Sequence record: LC727699.1 | Length of the DNA: 64,000 nucleotides | Direction: 5' to 3' (one strand) | Shown here: positions 56,838-64,000 of the stretch, piece by piece | Layout: every line of letters starts with the position of its first letter | How positions within the stretch are numbered: the stretch's first letter is position 1 | Notes under the pieces: model-generated | What the model saw: only the letters and a program-made list of their open reading frames with translations | Told to the model about the DNA's origin: nothing | Database searches by the model: none | Position numbers and translations under genes: made by a program

Positions 56838-57194
56838 ATGAATATTGATAAAGTATCACTCTGTCTTGGTATTTTTGTTGGTTCAGTTACCATGTGCGCA
56901 GTTGGTAAAATCTATCACAAAACTGTTATTGATGTGAAAATCAATAAGTTGCGTAATGCTGCTTCAGTGTCTAATGAAATTCTTACAATGCTTTCTAAGC
57001 GTGCCTCAGTCATTCGTGCTGAGGTCATGCCGGCCGCAGAAGACTTTATCGATTGTGAAGGTAAAGTACACAACAAACTCACTGAAGAGTTACAGGACAT
57101 CGTTGCTGGTTTTAAAGTAGCGCCTGAACACGGGGCTAGTGTTAATACACGTATTAATGATTGGTTCCTACAAACGTTCCCAACTGTTTACTAA
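56838..57194 (+). CDS. Signal-anchored small protein (118 aa)
   Basis: VSLCLGIFVGSVTMCAVG N-terminal helix. Confidence 0.7.
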   Translation: MNIDKVSLCLGIFVGSVTMCAVGKIYHKTVIDVKINKLRNAASVSNEILTMLSKRASVIRAEVMPAAEDFIDCEGKVHNKLTEELQDIVAGFKVAPEHGASVNTRINDWFLQTFPTVY

Positions 57195-57204
57195 TAGGTG
57201 ATAT

Positions 57205-57627
57205 ATGTCAAAAGTAGTATTTCCTAATGGTCTACTAATAGCGCTCATGCAAAACTTCGATCACACTCTCGAATGTTTTGATCATGATGTTAGTGTTTTT
57301 AAAAAGGCACTCAGTGACCTAGATAATAAAATTAAAGGTGGTATTAAGTCACTTGATAATGATTACCCTAATGCTAAAATTGCATTAGAACGCATTCTTG
57401 AAGAACTTTTTAAAAGAGGATTACATATCCCTGGGCCTTCTGGAAAAGCATTTGTCATTGAAAAAGTTCACATTGTAGATAGCACAGGTGTGGCTAAGGC
57501 ATACCGTGTCAGTTACAATGATGAAAAAGCTATGCCTGAATATGTATCAGCCGATAATGTATGGGGTGCACTAATTTCATATCAAAAACGTAGTCGTAGT
57601 GCAAATCCATTCAAACCAACTGCGTGA
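57205..57627 (+). CDS. Hypothetical protein (140 aa)
   Basis: AGGTGA SD; ORF track. Confidence 0.7.
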   Translation: MSKVVFPNGLLIALMQNFDHTLECFDHDVSVFKKALSDLDNKIKGGIKSLDNDYPNAKIALERILEELFKRGLHIPGPSGKAFVIEKVHIVDSTGVAKAYRVSYNDEKAMPEYVSADNVWGALISYQKRSRSANPFKPTA

Positions 57628-57698
57628 AAAGGATCTGATGGTTAAAGCCATAATCCATTATCGTATTACATAATACCTGCAAAAGAAGGAATAAGTCA

Positions 57699-57950
57699 AT
57701 GAGCGAATCTAAAGAAGTTATCAACATGGTGGAATGTTTTATCAGTGAATCTTACATGGAGCCAGGTGTTGACCACAATCGTCGGATTTTGATGCGTGAA
57801 TACGGGATCAACCCTAACAGCGGTATACCACTTCGGGGGAACTGGGTTCTGCGTAACATGCTCACTGGGGAATTTATCGACAATGATAAATACCTCAACG
57901 ATATTGTTGAACGTAATTCCATCCAATTCGAACGCAATACCTTCGTCTAG
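57699..57950 (+). CDS. Hypothetical protein, paralog A1 (REYGINP family)
   Basis: AAGGA SD; shares motif with 58944-59219. Confidence 0.72.
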   Translation: MSESKEVINMVECFISESYMEPGVDHNRRILMREYGINPNSGIPLRGNWVLRNMLTGEFIDNDKYLNDIVERNSIQFERNTFV

Positions 57951-57985
57951 CTATAATTAATCCAAATCTGAAAATAGGTCAAACC

Positions 57986-58369
57986 ATGAACGAACACATT
58001 CAAAAGAAAATCAACCAGGGTACTGGCAGACTGGCTATGTGCAACTTCGACAAAATGAACTATGTTCAGGGTCGTGAGTACTATGCCATCTCAGATAGTG
58101 GTTTACTTGAACAAATCGTTGCTCTATGCGCAGTTCAGTGGCCTCAGGAAATGGCCAACTACCTGCATGATGAAAGCGCTCTGTTCTGGGCTCTTTTCGA
58201 CCGTGGTATCGTAGCTGATGGTAAACCTCGCGCCGACCGTAAAGACTTCATCTACGAACGCCTTGGTTTCATCCACAAGAAGAAGTTCAAAAAATACGGC
58301 TTGTCTATTCTACAGCGTGCGCGCACCCGCTCGATGGCTAGTTTTGAGAAAGCTCAAGAGACTTGCTGA
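57986..58369 (+). CDS. Hypothetical basic protein (127 aa)
   Basis: ORF track; basic C-terminus HKKKFKKYG. Confidence 0.7.
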   Translation: MNEHIQKKINQGTGRLAMCNFDKMNYVQGREYYAISDSGLLEQIVALCAVQWPQEMANYLHDESALFWALFDRGIVADGKPRADRKDFIYERLGFIHKKKFKKYGLSILQRARTRSMASFEKAQETC

Positions 58370-58404
58370 GCTATGCTGCAACACCAATACGAGGATCGTT
58401 AATT

Positions 58405-58902
58405 ATGAACCGCATGATTCCTGCAAATGAGCGTGACAGTGAACTCAGTCTCTATGGCTATTTGACCTCTGTTGTAACTGGTGGGGTTGCTTGGGATTAT
58501 AACCCTATCGTTCTGCTGGAGAAGATGTGTAATCGTGATGATGAGGCCATCTGCATGGGTGAACCCAATTACGATCAATTACGTTTGATCGGTGCAAGGG
58601 GTATGTTCGAACAGATCTCTGAAAACATCCTGTCTCGCAATGAACAAATCATGGATGGTGTTCGTGATTTCTTCAAAGATGGTCTCCAGTTGAAAACCAA
58701 TGTAGATGACATGTTGGTGAGACTGAATTATCAAACTGTGCATAACGGGACTGATATGGATGAGGTGATCATGGTAAACTTGTTCAAAAAAATTGATGGT
58801 GATTATGTGGTTGCTCATAAGTGCACATATGACCCTCAAGATTGGAAACATGCGTTATATTACTTCACCAATGCCTCCATGATCAGTCAAAAACAAAAAT
58901 AA
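58405..58902 (+). CDS. Hypothetical protein; probable start ATG 58405
   Basis: GAGGA SD. Confidence 0.7.
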   Translation: MNRMIPANERDSELSLYGYLTSVVTGGVAWDYNPIVLLEKMCNRDDEAICMGEPNYDQLRLIGARGMFEQISENILSRNEQIMDGVRDFFKDGLQLKTNVDDMLVRLNYQTVHNGTDMDEVIMVNLFKKIDGDYVVAHKCTYDPQDWKHALYYFTNASMISQKQK

Positions 58903-58943
58903 ATATCATGCATATCCCTTCAGGTAATTTTAGAGAGGTTATT

Positions 58944-59219
58944 ATGAGCAATAAAGATGTATCAATGATCCCAGTTTATGAAAATCACTTTGTCACTACT
59001 GGTGCTACTCCACGACATGAAGCAATTGTGGTATGTCGTGAATATGGTATTAATCCATTAGATGATGCACCATTTCGGGGTTCATGGGTGATGCGCTACC
59101 GAGAGACTGGCAAATTCATTGATTGTTCCAGGGATATTGATGATTTAGCTAAGAAATATAATCTGACCATTCATAAACCAACCATTGAATTATACACCAG
59201 CACGTATATTGGTCAATAG
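58944..59219 (+). CDS. Hypothetical protein, paralog A2 (REYGINP family); probable start ATG 58944
   Basis: AGAGGT SD; motif shared with 57699-57950. Confidence 0.72.
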   Translation: MSNKDVSMIPVYENHFVTTGATPRHEAIVVCREYGINPLDDAPFRGSWVMRYRETGKFIDCSRDIDDLAKKYNLTIHKPTIELYTSTYIGQ

Positions 59220-59266
59220 AAAAAAAAACCACCCTATATAAGGGTGGTTTATAAAAGAGGTGAAAT

Positions 59267-59530
59267 ATGCATAAACTTAATCCTGGTTGTTATCCATTAA
59301 CTATAAATCCTAATGGTAAGTTTCTGAATAAAGACGATTTACGGAATCTTCCCAATGGGATTTATGTAACTTCTCCGTTACATGGTCCTAGGGTATATAG
59401 CCATGATCGACGCGTTATGGTTGATGGTGATTATTGTTATCTAATCACTGCACCGAACATAAAATTCAAGGTAAGTGATTTCTTTAAATATAATGTAGTT
59501 TATTATCCGAGCATTTACCTCAAGAGGTAA
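59267..59530 (+). CDS. Hypothetical protein, paralog B1 (NLPxG...HGP family)
   Basis: GAGGTGA SD. Confidence 0.7.
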   Translation: MHKLNPGCYPLTINPNGKFLNKDDLRNLPNGIYVTSPLHGPRVYSHDRRVMVDGDYCYLITAPNIKFKVSDFFKYNVVYYPSIYLKR

Positions 59531-59537
59531 TAAATAA

Positions 59538-59822
59538 ATGGCAAACGAATGCACTCCCGGTGTCTGGGATACACTAGTTGACTCGACAAAAGAAACTGAA
59601 AACCTACGTATCCGTTCCCAACTCATGCGGGCTCTCACCCGTACTATAAAGGGCTGGGATCTTCCGCAAAAAGACGCTGCTGCTCGCCTACATGTTACGC
59701 AACCGAGATTGAATGATCTTCTCAAAGGCAAGATTGACAAGTTCTCTCTGGACGCCCTGGTAAACCTACTGGACGCGGCTGATCTGACTCTTGAGATATC
59801 AGTGATCCCACGTGCAGTATAA
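59538..59822 (+). CDS. XRE-family helix-turn-helix protein (HigA-like)
   Basis: LPQKDAAARLHVTQPRLNDLLKGKIDKFSLDALVNLL is a typical XRE/HTH_37 signature; GAGGT SD. Confidence 0.88.
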   Translation: MANECTPGVWDTLVDSTKETENLRIRSQLMRALTRTIKGWDLPQKDAAARLHVTQPRLNDLLKGKIDKFSLDALVNLLDAADLTLEISVIPRAV

Positions 59823-59885
59823 ACCATGGGGACGCAGCTTGATACGGCCACCGGGTGGTTTCATGACAGCAAGGAAATAAAGAAA

Positions 59886-60113
59886 ATGACAACTGATAAA
59901 AAGTTTAGCATTAAAGAACTCGGATGGGAAAAAGCCACTAATCTACCCGATGGTGAATACTACACTATTCCTAAACATGGACCACAAAATTGGCGGGATG
60001 ATCGTAAGATTATCAAAATAAAGAACAGTGTCAAGCTGGTTGATGCACCAGATTATAGCTGGTCAGCCCCATTCTTTTTCGAGGCAAATAACTTGTTAAT
60101 CGAAGAACCATGA
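59886..60113 (+). CDS. Hypothetical protein, paralog B2; probable start ATG 59886
   Basis: AAGGA SD; NLPDGEYYTIPKHGP motif. Confidence 0.68.
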   Translation: MTTDKKFSIKELGWEKATNLPDGEYYTIPKHGPQNWRDDRKIIKIKNSVKLVDAPDYSWSAPFFFEANNLLIEEP

Positions 60114-60271
60114 CTATGAAGCGATCATCAGGTTATTTTAAAAGAGTAGTAAAAGAACTAACTGAGCGAGAGAACATTATACATCAGAAAGTTCTTAAAT
60201 ACATCAATGATAATCCGAATATTTCTTATAAAGAAGCACGTCAAATAGTAACTAAGGAGATTATAAAGTGA
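60110..60271 (+). CDS. 53-aa basic protein MTMKRSSGYFKRVVKELTERENIIHQKVLKYINDNPNISYKEARQIVTKEIIK
   Basis: ATGA overlap upstream and GTGA overlap downstream; below the ORF-track cutoff. Confidence 0.6.
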   Translation: MTMKRSSGYFKRVVKELTERENIIHQKVLKYINDNPNISYKEARQIVTKEIIK

Positions 60272-60480
60272 CTATTTCAATTCCTGCATCAGTTCGTGGT
60301 GAGTTTGGAATTTATTACAAAAATAATAAGAATCTTCGACTGGGTCAGGCATGGCATAATTACATGCGTCTTGAAAATATCCAAAATGAAATGGATAAAG
60401 AATGGGCTGATAAACTCTGGAATGCTTCTGATAAAGAAGCAGCTGATATGGTTGATGAAGCCACTAATTGGACTATGTAA
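60268..60480 (+). CDS. Hypothetical protein (70 aa; LRLGQAWHNY motif)
   Basis: AAGGAG SD; GTG start. Confidence 0.7.
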   Translation: MTISIPASVRGEFGIYYKNNKNLRLGQAWHNYMRLENIQNEMDKEWADKLWNASDKEAADMVDEATNWTM

Positions 60481-60519
60481 CTAAACAATATTTACTATAG
60501 TAAATAAGGAGAAATACAA

Positions 60520-60663
60520 ATGACTAATGAAGAAATTATCGTAGATGAAAGTAAATGGGCCGATGACAGCGAGATGGTTGGCTGTAAACCAGTTGATCTG
60601 TTTATTGATTTTTACTGGGTAGAGCCCACTCATCATACTCAAGAAGGAAAAGAGGATAATTAA
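60520..60663 (+). CDS. 47-aa acidic protein MTNEEIIVDESKWADDSEMVGCKPVDLFIDFYWVEPTHHTQEGKEDN
   Basis: AAGGAG SD; below the ORF-track cutoff. Confidence 0.6.
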   Translation: MTNEEIIVDESKWADDSEMVGCKPVDLFIDFYWVEPTHHTQEGKEDN

Positions 60664-60664
60664 C

Positions 60665-60940
60665 ATGGGTGAATATACACAGAATGGTATTCGTCATTTT
60701 CGTCCGGATGATACCGAAGATACCTTTTATATCTTGGGTGATTGTTATGTAGCCAATACTATCGCCGATATTATCGAGATGGCAACTAAGAAATGGGGTG
60801 ATGGTATTACTCTTGATATGATTAATATCAGTACTGAATATATTCATACAAGTTGTCTAGGGTATGATGAGTACGACCCCAGCGATTACAGTAATTATTT
60901 ATGCATCTCTCGTGTTAGGGAAACATCGCTGGTTAAATAA
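60665..60940 (+). CDS. Hypothetical acidic protein (91 aa)
   Basis: GAGGA SD; followed by a hairpin. Confidence 0.7.
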   Translation: MGEYTQNGIRHFRPDDTEDTFYILGDCYVANTIADIIEMATKKWGDGITLDMINISTEYIHTSCLGYDEYDPSDYSNYLCISRVRETSLVK

Positions 60941-61105
60941 ATTAACGACATAATCCCTCTCCTTCGGGAGAGGGCATTTATTCAGTTAAACTTTTAAGAA
61001 TAAAAGAATTAGCCCTACTGTTACAGCAGTAGGGCTATATGCCGTTGAGTAAAAAATACTCAACATTTTCGCCCAAGTGGGCTTGGATTAACAAGAGGAA
61101 CAATC

Positions 61106-61411
61106 ATGTTAATTCCAGTTACCGCTAACAATGTTAGCCCTGACCTGCACAGAATGCAGGAAGTAGGTTTCTTTTTCAAGAGACCCGATGGATCAACCCA
61201 TAGCATGTCGGTTGCGAAAACGCAAGCCGATAATGTTATCCAATGTCGAGATCGTAGAGGTAACTTCATTGGTTATTGGGCTGGCCCTACAATAGGATAC
61301 GTCAACAACGCAGGTTTAGCCGTATCCATCAACCCCTTCGACAATTTCATAGTAACATACACTGACATGGATCAGAAGAAGTTCTATGTAACCGAAAGGA
61401 GAAGCCTATGA
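61106..61411 (+). CDS. Hypothetical protein (101 aa)
   Basis: GAGGA SD; upstream hairpin-TATG element at 61011-61040. Confidence 0.7.
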   Translation: MLIPVTANNVSPDLHRMQEVGFFFKRPDGSTHSMSVAKTQADNVIQCRDRRGNFIGYWAGPTIGYVNNAGLAVSINPFDNFIVTYTDMDQKKFYVTERRSL

Positions 61412-61419
61412 TAAACAAC

Positions 61420-61460
61420 CCCTCTCCTAAAGGAGAGGGACTTATCTGAATTCTTTTTTT
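61420..61460 (+). terminator. Terminator CCCTCTCC-TAAA-GGAGAGGG plus T tract
   Basis: 8-bp stem after stop 61411. Confidence 0.7.
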
Positions 61461-61915
61461 GTTTAAGTGAGAGCCGCCCGCTAAAGCGGCTCCCAAGTGG
61501 AGTTAAGTCTCCCGCTAAAGAGAAACTCCAGAATACATGGGGTAGCGACTCCTCATGTAGATATCCTAATTAATCTCTTTAGCTAGTAATCAATACCCGT
61601 TATCACTCGTTGATAATTGATTTGTTTATTAACTAATTTGACTTAATCAGAATGATCAATACATATTGTTAATAATCTAGTATATTATTACCAGTATCAT
61701 TGAGTAATACTGGTAATCAAATATTACTCATGAATCTTACCTAATGTGGAACTGAGGAATCGGATCGCCCCGTAGGGGCTTTTATTTCATAATAAACTAT
61801 ACCGAAGGTATATCCTTATTCTAATAATAAACAATATTAGCATTATTCTAATAGCGTTAGCTAATACATACTGTCTCCCTAAAAGGAGACACAGTATAGA
61901 TTATATTTTTTTTAA
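61461..61915. ncRNA. Candidate structured non-coding RNA or replication origin
   Basis: No ORF; at least nine inverted repeats, repeated CCGCTAAA loops, a complementary TAGCG loop and a pseudoknot-compatible pairing; strand undetermined. Confidence 0.45.
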
Positions 61916-62021
61916 TTAAAAATAATAAGTCTAGAGATAGACTTTCTTTATGCCTTTAATACCTTCTAATTTGCTCTATAATCGATTTTATTCGTTATTC
62001 ACTAGCATATTAGCCATACGA

Positions 62022-62051
62022 CATAAAAGCCCTCCTATGAGGGCTTAAATG
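62022..62051 (-). terminator. Hairpin AAGCCCTC-CTAT-GAGGGCTT ending the minus-strand operon
   Basis: Directly after the minus-strand stop at 62054; CATAA flank. Confidence 0.65.
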
Positions 62052-62053
62052 CT

Positions 62054-62290
62054 TTATTTTTCATTAGTCGGATATAGGAGTACAATAGACTCTGCGCATA
62101 CTTTAATAACTTGGATATTTTCACTGTCATTATTTTTTGATTGTTTATTTTTAACGCAGTATTCAAATTGTTGGGATTTGAGTTTATATACGTTATTGTT
62201 CTCTTCTCCCAGTATTCCTCCAAATACCAATCCTAGGATAAATATTAATAAACCACCAATAAAGATAATATAAATATTACCATAGTACAT
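62054..62290 (-). CDS. Small membrane-anchored protein (78 aa)
   Basis: N-terminal TM segment IYIIFIGGLLIFILGLVFGGILG; AGGAG SD. Confidence 0.65.
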   Translation of the reverse strand: MYYGNIYIIFIGGLLIFILGLVFGGILGEENNNVYKLKSQQFEYCVKNKQSKNNDSENIQVIKVCAESIVLLYPTNEK

Positions 62291-62291
62291 A

Positions 62292-62660
62292 TTACATTAA
62301 CTCCTTTACATCATCTGGAATAGATTCACACCGATCTAAATCCCAGTATATATGCGTGTAATGATCTTGATTTACAATACTGATGAAATCCCCATTAGGA
62401 TCAGGTAAAGGTTTACGGATCACATCGACATAGATAGTGTAGTACAGATATAGATCACTGATAAGTTCATCGATATTGAGGTTATTACCTTCTGCATATT
62501 TACCATATTTAAAATAATGGGCTTCTTCTGCCACAGCATAACGGATTTTATCGTAATTTTGTGATGCGGCATATACACGTGCAAATAGGGGTCGATTAAA
62601 CTTTCTACATTCACTAATATTCTTTCTTAAAGTATTTACTAAATTATCAATTGCACTCAT
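62292..62660 (-). CDS. Hypothetical protein (122 aa)
   Basis: AGGT SD; ORF track. Confidence 0.7.
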   Translation of the reverse strand: MSAIDNLVNTLRKNISECRKFNRPLFARVYAASQNYDKIRYAVAEEAHYFKYGKYAEGNNLNIDELISDLYLYYTIYVDVIRKPLPDPNGDFISIVNQDHYTHIYWDLDRCESIPDDVKELM

Positions 62661-62685
62661 TTAGATTACCTATTAAAATTATAGT

Positions 62686-62711
62686 GCTCTCCCCGAAGGG
62701 AGAGCTTTATG
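62686..62711 (-). terminator. Hairpin GCTCTCCC-CGAA-GGGAGAGC after the helicase stop
   Basis: On the minus strand it reads CATAA-hairpin with a UUCG loop. Confidence 0.7.
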
Positions 62712-62714
62712 TTG

Positions 62715-64000
62715 TTAATATCCCCAGTCATCTCCACCAGTTGCTTGCATATTACTAAGACTTGGTACGAAATCCATGTAATTGTTTTCTTCTTTATCGA
62801 TATCCCATCTAATGCCACCGATACGGTCTGGATCAAACGGCATAACAAAATAGTGATGCTTACTATCACTTACAACGTTACGGTGTTTACCACGTTGTAC
62901 AGTTAGATAATACTTACCACTTACTTTAACAATGTGGAAGAAGAATTCCAGATCAGGTTCTTGTCCAAGTCGACGACAACCATCATAGTAACCTTTGTTA
63001 GCAACTTGTTTAACAAAGTCTTCTGGTGGGATATTATCCCTGATTAGTTCTAATGCCTGAGAACTTAACTGATGCGGACTAAAGAATGTGATACCACGTG
63101 GTGCAGTATAGTTACGCATTCGCCTAAATAGGAGACGAACGTCATCACCTGCTACACTGGTCACTAATCCAGTTTTAGGCAACATGTTTAGATAATCTAC
63201 GCAGAGATATTGTAGTTCATAACCACGTGCTTGATATGTATCTAGGTAGTTAACTAAACCAGCAATCGTAAATTCAGTTGGGTCAAAACGATACATTACT
63301 GGTTCAAAACCATTTTCACGGAGACGAGCTGATACATATTCAGCTGCTTCAGCTTTACTAATAGAACTACGATCTACCTTGATACCTGTTTCATTTTCGT
63401 AAATATACTCATAAATGAAAATAAGGTTATCCGGAATCTCATTCTCAAGAGTAATAAACATTACTAATGGTTTCTTATTGATATCACGCATGTATGGTTT
63501 ATTAAATAGACACACATGGCAAAATAGACTCATAGAAACGCCAGATTTATATTGATGTTGTAGGCCACCACCGATAATAAATTCACCACGTTTTAATGCA
63601 CCCAGATCACCAAGCATCCTGTTAAAACCTTTCCATCCAGTTCGGAAAGCACCATTTGGTGAAAGAATGGTTTTAGCTTCTTCGAAGAAGCCTTCAATAG
63701 AGTCTAGATTACCAAAATCAAGTGCACCCATTTCAGCTGGGTGTTTCTCTTCAGCACGCGCGCGAATATATGGGTCAGCTCTGGTTGCCATTTCATTAAT
63801 GATTGCCGGAATATCAGCAGAGCCCCTATTGAAAAGAATTTTTGATGAACATTCTTTTACAATAGCTTTTACCTTCTCATCAGCTAAGTAGCTATTTAGA
63901 TCACGACGATATGAAGTTACACGCATGGCCAATGCCATGCCATTTGGAAATTCTTCTTCTACTGCATTTTTAACAGCATCGTATAGATAACTTTCTTCAC
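62715..64000 (-). CDS. dnaB: DnaB-like replicative helicase (phiKZ gp118 homolog), 5' end beyond the window
   Basis: TGWKGFNRMLG, Walker A variant GGGLQHQYKS, FITLEN, Walker B CVDYLNML, HQLS; frame open to the window edge. Confidence 0.82.
   Translation of the reverse strand, partial: EESYLYDAVKNAVEEEFPNGMALAMRVTSYRRDLNSYLADEKVKAIVKECSSKILFNRGSADIPAIINEMATRADPYIRARAEEKHPAEMGALDFGNLDSIEGFFEEAKTILSPNGAFRTGWKGFNRMLGDLGALKRGEFIIGGGLQHQYKSGVSMSLFCHVCLFNKPYMRDINKKPLVMFITLENEIPDNLIFIYEYIYENETGIKVDRSSISKAEAAEYVSARLRENGFEPVMYRFDPTEFTIAGLVNYLDTYQARGYELQYLCVDYLNMLPKTGLVTSVAGDDVRLLFRRMRNYTAPRGITFFSPHQLSSQALELIRDNIPPEDFVKQVANKGYYDGCRRLGQEPDLEFFFHIVKVSGKYYLTVQRGKHRNVVSDSKHHYFVMPFDPDRIGGIRWDIDKEENNYMDFVPSLSNMQATGGDDWGY

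Noticed and set aside
59220-59228. Poly-A run as a possible slippage site
   Set aside because: Lies in intergenic DNA next to a bidirectional hairpin; no frames to join
59441-59851. 136-aa minus-strand ORF over the HTH gene
   Set aside because: Antisense shadow in a locally GC-richer gene; the plus-strand XRE call is much stronger

Overview
AT-rich, gene-dense segment of a phiKZ-like (Phikzvirus/Chimalliviridae) nucleus-forming Pseudomonas jumbo phage. Gene order matches, from recall, roughly phiKZ gp59-gp118; all gp numbers below are positional/recalled and need BLAST confirmation. From left to right: (1) a core replication/transcription block with an SbcD/Mre11 nuclease, ChmC, the nvRNAP promoter-specificity subunit (gp68-like), the nuclear import factor PicA/Imp1, nvRNAP beta-C (split by a 307-nt ORF-less group IA2 intron at 12583-12889), nvRNAP beta'-C and an SF2 helicase; (2) an early island of tiny membrane proteins; (3) a vRNAP beta' fragment and a PolB exonuclease/motif-A fragment; (4) a long virion block with a Kelch-propeller protein, a zincin-motif protein, baseplate-like proteins and SxE-cleaved inner-body head proteins; (5) an early accessory region with a DarG/TARG1-type macrodomain, signal-anchor proteins, paralog pairs and an orphan XRE HTH; (6) the 3' part of a DnaB-like helicase at the right edge. 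The main unexplained signals are two start-less reading frames that sit exactly -1 to slippery heptamers (T TTT TTT at 19156-19162 on the minus strand; C CCA AAG at 27085-27091), a terminator-bounded and densely structured non-coding island at about 61461-61915 with complementary hairpin loops and a pseudoknot, and a dispersed CATAA-hairpin-TTATG intergenic module. No tRNA, rRNA or CRISPR array was seen.
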